Assembly: GCA_042408215.1 (NCBI GenBank)
Contig: JAYFMW010000030.1
Coordinates: 96,001-160,000, forward strand
Length of the DNA: 64,000 nucleotides
Direction: 5' to 3'
DNA from: Microcoleus sp.
Lineage (GTDB): Bacteria; Cyanobacteriota; Cyanobacteriia; Cyanobacteriales; Microcoleaceae
Shown here piece after piece: positions 52,228 through 62,231 of the stretch (position 1 is the first letter of the stretch; every line of letters begins with the position of its first letter). The notes beneath the pieces are model-generated. The model worked only from the letters and a program-made list of their open reading frames with translations, had not been told where the DNA came from and did no database searches. Position numbers and translations under genes: made by a program.

Positions 52228-53511
52228 ATGAAACGTAAATCTTGGCAACTGTTTGCTGTTTTTGGGCTGGTGGGCCTGCTGCTGTCTGTGGCTGTCAGTT
52301 GCAGCAGGGGTGTTTCTAATTCTGGGTCAAATAATGCTCCGGCGATCGAGTTTTGGACTATGCAATTGCAACCTCAGTTTACTGAGTATTTCAATCAGAC
52401 GATCGCCCTTTTTGAGAAAGAAAATCCGGGGGTGAAGGTGCGCTGGGTAGACGTGCCTTGGTCGGCGATGGAAAGCAAGATTTTGGGGGCTGTTTCGGCG
52501 AAAACTGCGCCGGATGTGGTTAACCTGAATCCTGATTTTGCTTCGCTGTTGGCGGGGCGCAATGCTTGGCTGGATTTGGACTCTCGGATACCGGAGCAAG
52601 TTCGATCGACCTATTTGCCGAATATCTGGAAATCCGGTGTGCTCGACGGTAAGAGCTTTGGCATTCCTTGGTATCTCACAACTGGGATCACAATTTACAA
52701 TACCGATTTGTTTAAAAAGGCTGGAATTACTAAGCCTCCTGCTACCTATACTGAGTTGGCTCAAGTAGCGAAACAGGTGAAGGAAAAGACTGGTAAGTTT
52801 GCTTTTTTTGTGACTTTTGTACCGGAGGATTCGGCGGAGGTTTTGCAATCTTTGGTGCAGATGGGTGTCACTTTGGTTGATGCTCAGAGCAAGGCGGCTT
52901 TTAATACTCCGCAAGGTAAGGCTGCTTTTCAGTATTGGGTGGATTTGTACAAGGGCGGGTTTTTGCCAAAGGATGTTTTGGTGCAGGGCCATCGCAGGGC
53001 GATCGAACTTTATCAAGCTGGAGAAACTGCTTTGTTGGGTTCTGGGCCTCAGTTTTTGAACGCGATCGCTGAGAATGCTCCTAGTATAGGCGCGGTTTCG
53101 GCTGTTGCTCCTCAAATTACCGGGGAAAGTGGCAAGAAGACTGTGGCGGTGATGAATTTGGTGGTGCCTCGCGACAGCAAGCGGCCTGATGATGCTGTGA
53201 AGTTTGCTTTGTTTGTGACTAATTCTCGGAATCAGTTGGCTTTTGCTAAGGCTGCTAATGTTTTGCCTTCTAATGTTGATGCTTTAAATGACTCTTATTT
53301 TAAGAGTGTTCCGGCTGATGCTCCGACTGCCGATCGATCTCGGGTTGTTAGTGCTTCTGGGTTGACTTCCGCTGAGCTTTTGATTCCGCCTCTCAAGGAT
53401 GTTAAGAAGTTGCAAAAGGCGATTTATGACAATTTGCAAGCCGCTATGTTGGGGGAGAAGTCGGTAGAGCAGGCTGTGGCTGATGCGGCTCTGGCTTGGG
53501 ATCAAAAGTAA
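52228..53511 (+). CDS. Sugar ABC transporter substrate-binding lipoprotein
   Basis: Lipobox VAVSC; IEFWTMQL, PDVVNLN, GIPWY..YNTDLFKKAG. Confidence 0.88.
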   Translation: MKRKSWQLFAVFGLVGLLLSVAVSCSRGVSNSGSNNAPAIEFWTMQLQPQFTEYFNQTIALFEKENPGVKVRWVDVPWSAMESKILGAVSAKTAPDVVNLNPDFASLLAGRNAWLDLDSRIPEQVRSTYLPNIWKSGVLDGKSFGIPWYLTTGITIYNTDLFKKAGITKPPATYTELAQVAKQVKEKTGKFAFFVTFVPEDSAEVLQSLVQMGVTLVDAQSKAAFNTPQGKAAFQYWVDLYKGGFLPKDVLVQGHRRAIELYQAGETALLGSGPQFLNAIAENAPSIGAVSAVAPQITGESGKKTVAVMNLVVPRDSKRPDDAVKFALFVTNSRNQLAFAKAANVLPSNVDALNDSYFKSVPADAPTADRSRVVSASGLTSAELLIPPLKDVKKLQKAIYDNLQAAMLGEKSVEQAVADAALAWDQK

Positions 53512-53585
53512 AGTTGGGTATTGGGCATTGGGCATGGGGCATGGAGCATGGGGCATCGCTCCCTGAGCGTAGTCGAAGGGCAATT

Positions 53586-53625
53586 CTCAATGTAGGGACA
53601 ATTCATGAATTGCCCCTACATTGAG
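53586..53625. repeat. REP-like palindrome GTAGGGACAATTCATGAATTGCCCCTAC
   Basis: Near-perfect hairpin with CTCAAT/ATTGAG extension. Confidence 0.6.
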
Positions 53626-53699
53626 GGCAATGCTCAAATTGAATTTGACCCTAAATCCATCAAAGCCTTGTATTATCAGGGTTTTTGATGATGAATATA

Positions 53700-54040
53700 G
53701 TTTGGCTAGCTTTGTCGATGCAGCTATTCACCCTTAATTGCTCTGTTAGCTGTGAGGGTGCGTCGGTGGGGGAATAGATTGTGTCTTTGGTTTAATACAA
53801 ATATTGAAAGCTTTGTTGTATATAGGTTTGACGTGATGCAAAGAGTTGTCAATTTGCGATCGACACACCTAGGTGGATCTCTGAAACCCTAATTTTTTGG
53901 TTAAAATGTGTCGATGCTTTGTGGGGTATGGGTTTGAGGCTCGTTATTTTACTGTTTTTGGTGTCGATTGGTGGTATATTTAGGTGGTGCGTCGATTTGA
54001 CGGCTGAAACCCACTCTGGGTATAGGCTCTGCGGCGAACT
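53700..54040 (+). promoter_or_regulatory. CRISPR leader; start approximate
   Basis: AT-rich non-coding region abutting the first conserved repeat; degenerate repeats lie at the opposite end. Confidence 0.65.
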
Positions 54041-55008
54041 CCCTACCGATGGGTTTAAATCGGATTAGTTGGAAACTCGGTTTTACAGCAAGGGCAAACG
54101 TATAAAACCCCTACCGATGGGTTTAAATCGGATTAGTTGGAAACGCTGTATTGACCACACTCAACAAACGCTCATAAACCCCTACCGATGGGTTTAAATC
54201 GGATTAGTTGGAAACCTAACATTTACCCCAATCGCATTTTCATCGTCCCTACCGATGGGTTTAAATCGGATTAGTTGGAAACTGAAATAAATGCGATTAT
54301 GACTACAAAACCAATTAGCAACCCTACCGATGGGTTTAAATCGGATTAGTTGGAAACAATTAACAAAAAAATAGAAACTGGCAAACTTAAACTCCCTACC
54401 GATGGGTTTAAATCGGATTAGTTGGAAACTTTCCATTCCTGTCCTGAGAGATAAACTTTTCAACCCTACCGATGGGTTTAAATCGGATTAGTTGGAAACC
54501 TTTGATTGCCCTCATGGTCTATATAGATGCAATTACACCCTACCGATGGGTTTAAATCGGATTAGTTGGAAACAAAGAGTCAGCTTCTGCTCGAGTCCAA
54601 CGTTTGGAACAAACCCTACCGATGGGTTTAAATCGGATTAGTTGGAAACATTTACAGTTCGGATTTTGACGACTTTTTTCGCCGTCCCTACCGATGGGTT
54701 TAAATCGGATTAGTTGGAAACGCTTTGTGTTCCGAGCAGTCTCACTGGCCCTGTCAACCCTACCGATGGGTTTAAATCGGATTAGTTGGAAACTGTTGTA
54801 TAGACTACATCAACTTCCCCATTTTCATCCCCTACCGATGGGCTTAAATCGGATTAGTTGGAAACTTTGTATTGCGAGCAGTTTCACTTGCTTTGTCAAC
54901 CCCTACCGATGGGCTTAAATCGGATTAGTTGGAAACATTTCCGTAATTATCTTTTACATCTTGTAATTTAGACCCTACCGATGGGCTTAAATCGGATTAA
55001 TTGGAAAC
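54041..55008 (+). CRISPR. CRISPR array, 14 repeats / 13 spacers, repeat CCCTACCGATGGGTTTAAATCGGATTAGTTGGAAAC
   Basis: 36-bp repeats at 54041, 54109, 54180, 54247, 54322, 54394, 54464, 54538, 54614, 54686, 54758, 54830, 54901, 54973; last three carry a T>C change. Confidence 0.98.
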
Positions 55009-55112
55009 ACTAAGGTCGATCGCCCTTAACAAAAAAACGATCGCCCTTAACAAAAAGACGATCGCCTATAATAAAATAAAAATATTCAAGTTAATGATAT
55101 TGGTGCAACATC

Positions 55113-56426
55113 TCAGTCATCAACCAACTGCACCAATAACTTAGCTAAAGCTTGCACCATCGGGCGAGTAGAAGCATCTTCTCCCCTAGCTAAATGGTGA
55201 ACGCTACCTGTCAGTACGGGAGACTTGTTAGTAATTGTGTCTGCCTGCCCGTCCCAATCGCTGTAAACAATCGCAATAAAAGGTAGCGGTTTCTCTAGTT
55301 CTTTTTCGCAAAACTCCTGCCAATCTGCGACATCTTGCTCAGTTTTTGCCAGCATTACAGCATGAGTTGCTTGCGACATGATCTTTCGATTCTCGTCGGT
55401 GGGAATTTTACCGCCCACGTCAAACAGCAGCAGAGAATTCTTAATCGCAGCAATATCTCTAACTTTGGCGTTCGCGAATTCAGGCGTGAATCGGGCTTTG
55501 TATTCTGCCTTGAGTTTGGCGGCTAACTCAGGATATTTTTGAGCAGTTTCAGAGAAATAAGAACCGTCGCCATCGGGACAACCTGAAATTACATAAAAAT
55601 CTTGCGGAGCATTTTCGAGTTTCAAGATGGCTTGCTTTAAAGCATCCCGCAGTACAGTTTTTCCTGTATTGGGAGGCCCACATAATACCACTTTGAGGGC
55701 AGACTGCGGAACGCACTCGATATCCAAACTTTGCCCAACTTGATAATCCTTAGTATGGCTGACAGTCACGATATATTTATCGAGTCCCCTCTCTCCCAGT
55801 TTGGGGTCGAAAACTGCCACGCCGCCGTAAAGGTGTGTAACTTGACTCGCGATCGCAAAACTGGCTAAAACAGTAGCCCGTCCCTTAATTTTTAATATTT
55901 GTTTGCCACCCGGCAGTTGTCCAGACTCGATGAGGTTTGCTAATTGTGCTGTAGCATCCCGGACAATTTGGTCGCCGTCTGCTTGGATGCTGTTATTGAT
56001 TTGGGCAATCAAAACATCATTTTCCCAATAAATCAAAAAAGAGGGGGAAGCGTCGGGAGGAGAAGAAACTTGTTGCACTTCACCCGTAGCAAAATCAATG
56101 CGGCAGCCGACAGGATACTCCGCTGCGGTGCTGATAGCGACGATGTAAGCACTTAGTCTGGGATCGGCAATTGCGATCGCCCGATACAAATGCGCTACGT
56201 GATGGGCAATAACATAACTCACCAGCAGTGAAATACGCCCATCAATTTTCAGCAAATCGCCGCTTCGGAATTCCCCAGCCACCTCCATCTCCTGCAAGCG
56301 CGCTGCCGCATCCTGCACAATTTCATCGCCGTCGGCGGGAATTGGCGTCCCGTCAGCATTTTTGCCAAAGTCTACTTTGAGGGTGTCTCCTTCCAAGTGC
56401 ATCTGATAAGTTTTCATCGTTGCCAT
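55113..56426 (-). CDS. csx3: Tandem Csx3 (Crn3-like) domains fused to a P-loop ATPase
   Basis: Two repeats ADGD.IV.DA..LKI.GR..AH/TH.Y..A..DP(R/K)L..YIV; C-terminal VLCGPPNTGKT, CPDGDG, FDVGG. Confidence 0.75.
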   Translation of the reverse strand: MATMKTYQMHLEGDTLKVDFGKNADGTPIPADGDEIVQDAAARLQEMEVAGEFRSGDLLKIDGRISLLVSYVIAHHVAHLYRAIAIADPRLSAYIVAISTAAEYPVGCRIDFATGEVQQVSSPPDASPSFLIYWENDVLIAQINNSIQADGDQIVRDATAQLANLIESGQLPGGKQILKIKGRATVLASFAIASQVTHLYGGVAVFDPKLGERGLDKYIVTVSHTKDYQVGQSLDIECVPQSALKVVLCGPPNTGKTVLRDALKQAILKLENAPQDFYVISGCPDGDGSYFSETAQKYPELAAKLKAEYKARFTPEFANAKVRDIAAIKNSLLLFDVGGKIPTDENRKIMSQATHAVMLAKTEQDVADWQEFCEKELEKPLPFIAIVYSDWDGQADTITNKSPVLTGSVHHLARGEDASTRPMVQALAKLLVQLVDD

Positions 56427-56531
56427 TTCCCTGTATTGACTGTTTCAATTTGCCACAGTTGTGGAAAGGGAGGTTTCCATGTTTGATTAATGTAGAGAAA
56501 TAACACGGAATTTCGTTCTACATACGCCTAT

Positions 56532-57995
56532 ATGTCTGACACAACCTTCGACTTTTCGCCTACCGTAGAACTGTTACAGTTGCTCGCGCGGGGTTCTTTG
56601 AGGCAGAATTTGCCGAAAGCAGTGCGATTGTGGGTGATTTTGCGATCGCACTACGGCGGCGAAACAGATCCGCTGAAGCTGCAACTCGGCGAAACCTTCA
56701 CTTACAGCAACTGGAGTCAAAAGTTTTTTACTGAAACCGACCAACATCACAAGGATTACACAATTCCGACCAATCACGATCCGCAGTGTCCCTGCACTCA
56801 AACCATTTCTCACTGGCTGTTCGATTCCGATTTGGGAGTTGACAAAGCAGAATGGCAGCAATCTTTTCTCAAGCTTTACCCAATGCCACAACAGGATTTA
56901 GAACGCCTGCTGTCGGCAGGAATTATTCCCGAATCAAAGAAAGGCAGCAATCAGAAATGCCTGCCAGAAAATCGCTTGTTTGCTGTTACCAGTAAAAATC
57001 TTCAGTACGACTTTAACGCGCTGGCAGAAATGGGTTGGTTGCGAGTGCAAAAAGTGTCGCAGGGTAACAGCAAGCGGCTGAAAACTCTATACAGCCGCGT
57101 CAAAGAACTTCCCAATCCTGCTATCTACTCCGAGACTGCTACTTCTGATTTAGAAGCAGTCGGTGTCGGTAATATGATTCCCAACGACCTCGCCGATTTC
57201 TTTGACGATTTCGGGCGTTCCATCAACGGCGAACAGCGATTTTTTCTAGACATTGAGTATATAGTTCGCCGCCAATTATCACAGCAAATAAATGAGATCA
57301 GAAAGCAATTGAAAGAAATTTGGCATCAAAGTCAAATTGCTCCTATAAAAATTACCTACGTCAGCGCCCGCAACTTTCAACACTATCAAGATGAAGGAGA
57401 AAAATACATTATATATCCAGTCTGCATTTACTACTCCCACCGCGCTCCTTACTTATTCGCCTTCGGTCAAAACCCTAGAGATGAAGCAAAAATCGATTGG
57501 TACGATTATCGCCTCGATCGAATTCAAAGCTTGCAAAAGTTAAAATGGGATGAAGTCAATATTGCAGGTTTCTCTCTGAAAACCTGCCAGTCTAAAACGC
57601 CGAAACAAATAGAGAATTTAAAAACTCAAGCTTGGGGTTTTGATTTCTATAAACCGCACGAAGTTCTGCTGCTCAGGTTCGATCGCTATTTTCACTCGCA
57701 TTACATAGAAGGAACGGAAAGGGAAGAAATATTTAAACAAATTACTTACAAGCAAGCACAAAGTCTCATTGAAAATAGCGATTGCAAAGCCGAAGCAAAA
57801 AAAGTTATTTTGGCTTCATTCCAAACTCGATCGAAGTCAGACATTTACTGCCGGGTTAATTACCGTGTCGGCGATAACAATGCAATCATGCGCTTGAGAG
57901 CTTGGGGGCCTAAAGTAGAAGTATTGCTTCCGGGGAATTTGCGAGAAATCATGGCTGACGATATCGAAAAAACTCGAAGTTTCTACTGTCTATAA
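56532..57995 (+). CDS. CRISPR-associated WYL-domain regulator (TIGR03985-like)
   Basis: YPVCIYY..PYLFAFG..YRLDRI; C-terminal RLRAWGPKVEVLLP..LRE. Confidence 0.8.
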   Translation: MSDTTFDFSPTVELLQLLARGSLRQNLPKAVRLWVILRSHYGGETDPLKLQLGETFTYSNWSQKFFTETDQHHKDYTIPTNHDPQCPCTQTISHWLFDSDLGVDKAEWQQSFLKLYPMPQQDLERLLSAGIIPESKKGSNQKCLPENRLFAVTSKNLQYDFNALAEMGWLRVQKVSQGNSKRLKTLYSRVKELPNPAIYSETATSDLEAVGVGNMIPNDLADFFDDFGRSINGEQRFFLDIEYIVRRQLSQQINEIRKQLKEIWHQSQIAPIKITYVSARNFQHYQDEGEKYIIYPVCIYYSHRAPYLFAFGQNPRDEAKIDWYDYRLDRIQSLQKLKWDEVNIAGFSLKTCQSKTPKQIENLKTQAWGFDFYKPHEVLLLRFDRYFHSHYIEGTEREEIFKQITYKQAQSLIENSDCKAEAKKVILASFQTRSKSDIYCRVNYRVGDNNAIMRLRAWGPKVEVLLPGNLREIMADDIEKTRSFYCL

Positions 57996-58026
57996 AATGA
58001 ATGTAAATCTATAATTTCAAATAGAA

Positions 58027-58602
58027 ATGACAGAAAAACCAAAACTTTCAACGCGCTTTGAACAAGCTTTAGTCTACGCCGCTCAAGTTCATGCCAATCA
58101 AGTCAGAAAAGGGGGCGATGTTCCCTACGTGAGTCACCTATTGAGTGTCGCAGCCTTAGTATTGGAAGATGGCGGTGATGAAGATGAAGCAATTGCAGCA
58201 CTTTTACACGATGCTATCGAAGATAGTGGCAACGCCAAAATTCGTGAAGCTATTCTGGTACGATTTGGAGAAGAAGTTGTCAGTATCGTTGACGGGTGCA
58301 CGGAATCTTGTACAATACCTAAACCGCCTTGGCGCGATCGCAAGTTACGATATATTGAGCAAATGCGTCACGCTTCCCCGTCGGTGCTGCGGGTGTCGAT
58401 GGCGGACAAACTGCACAATGCGCGATCAATTTTAGCCGATCGCGATCGAGAAGGCGATGCAGTTTGGGATAAATTTAAGGGTGGAAAAGCAGGCACGTTG
58501 TGGTTTTACCGCAGTTTGCTAGAAATTTATCAACAGGGAGGTTGCAGCTTCTTGGTGTCGGAAATTGAGCGAATTGTCGATCGATTGGAAAGCCTGAAAT
58601 AG
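58027..58602 (+). CDS. MESH1/SpoT-like HD hydrolase (small alarmone hydrolase family)
   Basis: A..H..Q.RKG..PY.SHL..VA, AALLHDAIED, ADKLHNARS. Confidence 0.85.
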   Translation: MTEKPKLSTRFEQALVYAAQVHANQVRKGGDVPYVSHLLSVAALVLEDGGDEDEAIAALLHDAIEDSGNAKIREAILVRFGEEVVSIVDGCTESCTIPKPPWRDRKLRYIEQMRHASPSVLRVSMADKLHNARSILADRDREGDAVWDKFKGGKAGTLWFYRSLLEIYQQGGCSFLVSEIERIVDRLESLK

Positions 58603-58691
58603 TTATGATTCAGCTTAGATATCACCCTTAGAAGACCCCCTTTCCAGTCTCGTGCCAAAATTCAGACAGATAAATAAAGGCTTCGATAATA

Positions 58692-59204
58692 ATGCCTAAC
58701 CTAGTTCGCTTGAGTTTAAAGTATCCTGTCACCGTAATCAAAACCGTAAAAGAGATAGTGGCGATCGCACTTGCCAATCCGAGATAAATTGCGATCGAGA
58801 CTCCTTGGACGGCGATGGCAGGTTTTGATGTTACTTATCAATGCAGCGAACCTCGCCAGCCGAATGTCACAATTGCGATCGATGCAGCGGGACCTAAAAT
58901 CAAACTCAACGATCCTAATATTACCAGTTATGGAGACTTGATTGTTTTGCAAAACAAAACGCATCATACGATCGGCCGTGAAGAAGATTGGGCTCAATAT
59001 TGCCGAGAAATCTTTAAGGTATTGAATCAAGCCCAGCAAGATTATGGGGAAATAAAGTTGGTTTATTCGATGCCTGTAAGTTTGGCGATCGCAGTCGGGA
59101 TGACGACTCAACATTTTTGGAATATTTTGTTAACTAACTACAATCCCCAGACGGGAGGGTACCAAGATTTAATCAAAATCAATGAAGTTATTTATCGGAA
59201 TTAA
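58692..59204 (+). pseudogene. SAVED-like domain gene, apparently eroded (intact part 58815-59204)
   Basis: C-terminal EIKLVYSMPVSLAIAVG..LTNYN....Y resembles SAVED C-lobe; upstream in-frame segment broken by TAA 58785-58787. Confidence 0.55.
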
Positions 59205-59229
59205 ATAAACCACTCGGAGAAATATTAAC

Positions 59230-61047
59230 ATGAGTCCAGAATCAAAATGTTACACTGCCATTACTTTTGCTCCAGTTCAAGGGTTTATCGAAAAATCTCG
59301 CAAACTTCGAGATTTGTACGGAAGTTCTTTCCTGATATCTTACCTAGCAGAAGCCATTTGCAAGGAAGCCGACAAACAGAAATATAAAGTCATATCTCCA
59401 GCTTTAATTAACGTTACTCAAGGAACCCCGAATCAAATCATTATTAAAGGAGAATTTGACAAGGAAATTGCCAGAGAAGCGATGAAAAAAGCGTGGCTAG
59501 CAGTCAGCGAAACTTGCCGCCAGTGGATTGAAGATAATGTGAAAGATTGCGGGCAATATTATTGGCATCGAAATTGGAAATCTTGGGGTAATTATGCCTG
59601 GGAGTTTTTCTGGGGAACTGGTGAGACGATCAAGCTAGCAAGGGAAGCTGTTAATGAGGCGAAGCGATCGCGCGATTGGACTGGTATTAACTGGACGGGG
59701 GAAAGTTCGACACTATCCGGTGCAGATGGCGTAGCCTGGCCAGGAATGGGAATCGGTAATCCACAAAAGACAAATCGGCACAAGCAAAAGGAAGAAATTG
59801 CCAAATTTTATCAGCGGCTTAGTTACGAATTAGGTAAAGCATTTATCAAAACACCAGAACTATCTGATGAATCAGCCGAAAAGATCGAGGAATCAGGCAA
59901 AACATTTATCGAAACAGCAGAACCCAAAATAGATGATGATAAATCAGCCAAAAAGATAAAGGAATACGGTGAGGCATTTGTCGATCCAGACGAAGAGTTA
60001 AGCATTCCTGAATTAATCAAGCGACTGATTACTCATATGGCAATTGCTAAGCAAATTGTTAATCCTGTTAAAGAAGAAACAGATCCAAAAATTCCCAATC
60101 TGCTGAAGAAACTTGAGAAGGAACTTAATCCTAAGAGTTTTACTGATATCAGTCGTTTAAAAAGCAAAAATAGTAAGCTAGAGGAAGAATACTGGACTGG
60201 TTGGTTTCAGGGAGATGGCGATCGGATGGGCGATTTGCTCAAAAGATTATCAGAAGATCCTGAAACTGAACCGAAAAAACTCAAGACATTCAGTAAAGCG
60301 ATGATGGAATGGGGCGAAAATGAATTCAAACCTGCGATAGCAGAAGCCCAAGGCCGTACTGTGTACGCTGGAGGCGATGACTTCATGGGCATTTTTTATC
60401 GCTTACCTGACAAAACATCATCAAATCCAGAATTTACCCCTTTAACAGGTCAAGAATGTGTCAATTGGTTTGCTTCAAAATTTCCCAGTGTTTGGGAAGA
60501 ACACAAGCAGAAAATCAGTGTTAGTGTTGGCTTTGTCTGGACAGCCCCCAACGTCCCGCAGCGCGATGTCTTGCAACATTGCCGCCTCGCTGAAACATCT
60601 GCCAAAAATCATGGCAAAGACCGCATGGCTATCCGCATTTTATTCAACGGTGGTACTCATATTGAATGGGTTTGTCCTTGGTGGTGTTTGCCAGTATTGC
60701 AACACTATCAAGACAGAGACGGTAACACTTTAGAACCCCTAAGTTCTCCCGTCCCCCGGAAGAAAACTAAACCCAACTGGACTCACATTTATAATGATAT
60801 TGCTACGTTGGAATCGCGACACGCTTTTAAAGGTAATACTCAAATTGCTGAGGAATTATTTAAAATCTACTTTCCCGATTGTGAAGAATGGATTAAACTA
60901 GATAATTGGTGGCTCCATTCCCACGCCGATCGATTGAGAACCGGGATTTTAGGACATGAAGAAAAGGACGCTAAAAAAGAGACACACGAACTTTTTAATG
61001 AGTGGTTTATCAACTTAGCTAAGGTAGGATTTCAGTTATGTCCATGA
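59230..61047 (+). CDS. cas10: Type III-B Cas10/Cmr2 lacking N-terminal HD domain
   Basis: ITFAPVQGFIEKSRKLRDLYGSS, GDGDRMG, VYAGGDD palm motif. Confidence 0.93.
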   Translation: MSPESKCYTAITFAPVQGFIEKSRKLRDLYGSSFLISYLAEAICKEADKQKYKVISPALINVTQGTPNQIIIKGEFDKEIAREAMKKAWLAVSETCRQWIEDNVKDCGQYYWHRNWKSWGNYAWEFFWGTGETIKLAREAVNEAKRSRDWTGINWTGESSTLSGADGVAWPGMGIGNPQKTNRHKQKEEIAKFYQRLSYELGKAFIKTPELSDESAEKIEESGKTFIETAEPKIDDDKSAKKIKEYGEAFVDPDEELSIPELIKRLITHMAIAKQIVNPVKEETDPKIPNLLKKLEKELNPKSFTDISRLKSKNSKLEEEYWTGWFQGDGDRMGDLLKRLSEDPETEPKKLKTFSKAMMEWGENEFKPAIAEAQGRTVYAGGDDFMGIFYRLPDKTSSNPEFTPLTGQECVNWFASKFPSVWEEHKQKISVSVGFVWTAPNVPQRDVLQHCRLAETSAKNHGKDRMAIRILFNGGTHIEWVCPWWCLPVLQHYQDRDGNTLEPLSSPVPRKKTKPNWTHIYNDIATLESRHAFKGNTQIAEELFKIYFPDCEEWIKLDNWWLHSHADRLRTGILGHEEKDAKKETHELFNEWFINLAKVGFQLCP

Positions 61048-62231
61048 ACTCAAACTCTTCCCCAACGATAACTGAATCTCCTTCCTCGTGCGAAACTGAA
61101 TCAAAATTGAAAACGTCACCGCCACCTTTTTCCCACTTAGTTACGATCGAACCCTTGGGTTTACTTTATGGCAGTGCGGGTCGTTTTCTTTCGCCAGAAA
61201 ATTTAGTTGGGCGATCGGGTTCCAGCTTTCCACCCAGCGCAGCAACATTATCGGGAATCTTTGCCGCCGAATTGGGAGGCGATAACATCAAAAAGTTGCA
61301 ATTAGCCGGGCCGTTTTGGGGTAAATGCGATGAATTACCAGATTTTTATGTTTCCACGCCCCTAAACTACTTGATCGAAAAAGGTACAAGTGAAATCAAA
61401 CATAAACTTACCTGGAATTCCGATCGTAAAAAATGGCTGGAAAACGTCAATGAAAAATTTGAAAAAGGCGGCTGGGTTAAAGTCCATGATTGGCAAAAAG
61501 ATTGGGGAAATTGGAAAGTTTCGACAAAATTTCCTTGGAAAACTGTGTCGCACTTGCATCCCCGTTTGGAAGAAAATCAGCGACGAGTTTTGGTTGAAAA
61601 AGAACGAGAACAAGGTAGTTTGTTTTTGGAGAATGGAGTGCAATTCGATCCTGATTACTGTTTGGTTTATCTATCGAATACGAAAATTAGTTCAGGTTGG
61701 TATCGGTTTGGCGGTGAGGGACATTTAGTGAATATTGAATGTCGGGATATTTCTGCTGAACTTAAGGATTTGCTTTCTCAACCAGTGGGAAAAGCATTTG
61801 CGCTGATTACTCCTGCTGTATGGGGGTCTAATAGGCATTCTTATCGGGAACCAATGGTACAGAAAAATGAGGATAGAAATAGTGAGTGGGTTGAGGCTTG
61901 GGAGTGTGAAACTTTGCTGACAGAACGCCCGTTTCCTTTCCGATATCGCTTGGGAAATCCGAAAGATGAGGAAACTGACGAAAAGATAAATAGCAAGGAC
62001 AAATTGCTTTCTCGCGGGCGTTATACCGTGCCTGCTGGCAGTGTTTACGTGTTAAAGGAACCTCTCGAATCTTCTTGGCAAGAATGGGATGAAAGTTGGT
62101 TTCCTAAAGAAGGTGTTTCATTCAAACGTTGGGGTTGCGGGTTAGCCTTGCCTTTACCAAGCGCAATTGCTCAAAATTCCGAACAAGAAACTGCTAATAT
62201 TTCTGAAAATTTACCAATAGGAGGCAATTAA
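61038..62231 (+). CDS. cmr3: Cmr3 (Cas5 group RAMP)
   Basis: IEPLG..FPPSAATLSG, FGGEGH, LITPAV, VPAGSVY, WGCG. Confidence 0.88.
   Translation: MSMNSNSSPTITESPSSCETESKLKTSPPPFSHLVTIEPLGLLYGSAGRFLSPENLVGRSGSSFPPSAATLSGIFAAELGGDNIKKLQLAGPFWGKCDELPDFYVSTPLNYLIEKGTSEIKHKLTWNSDRKKWLENVNEKFEKGGWVKVHDWQKDWGNWKVSTKFPWKTVSHLHPRLEENQRRVLVEKEREQGSLFLENGVQFDPDYCLVYLSNTKISSGWYRFGGEGHLVNIECRDISAELKDLLSQPVGKAFALITPAVWGSNRHSYREPMVQKNEDRNSEWVEAWECETLLTERPFPFRYRLGNPKDEETDEKINSKDKLLSRGRYTVPAGSVYVLKEPLESSWQEWDESWFPKEGVSFKRWGCGLALPLPSAIAQNSEQETANISENLPIGGN

Noticed and set aside
54574..54613. Spacer 8 self-match to TCCAAACGTTG near 38000
   Set aside because: Only 11 nt, expected by chance; no convincing self-targeting seen by eye.
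54194..54918. ORFs across the CRISPR array
   Set aside because: Artefacts of repeat translation.
58027..58602. HD protein as a split-off Cas10 HD nuclease
   Set aside because: Motifs (RKG..PY..H, HD..ED, ADKLHN) are those of the SpoT/MESH1 hydrolase family, not the Cas10/Cas3 HD.
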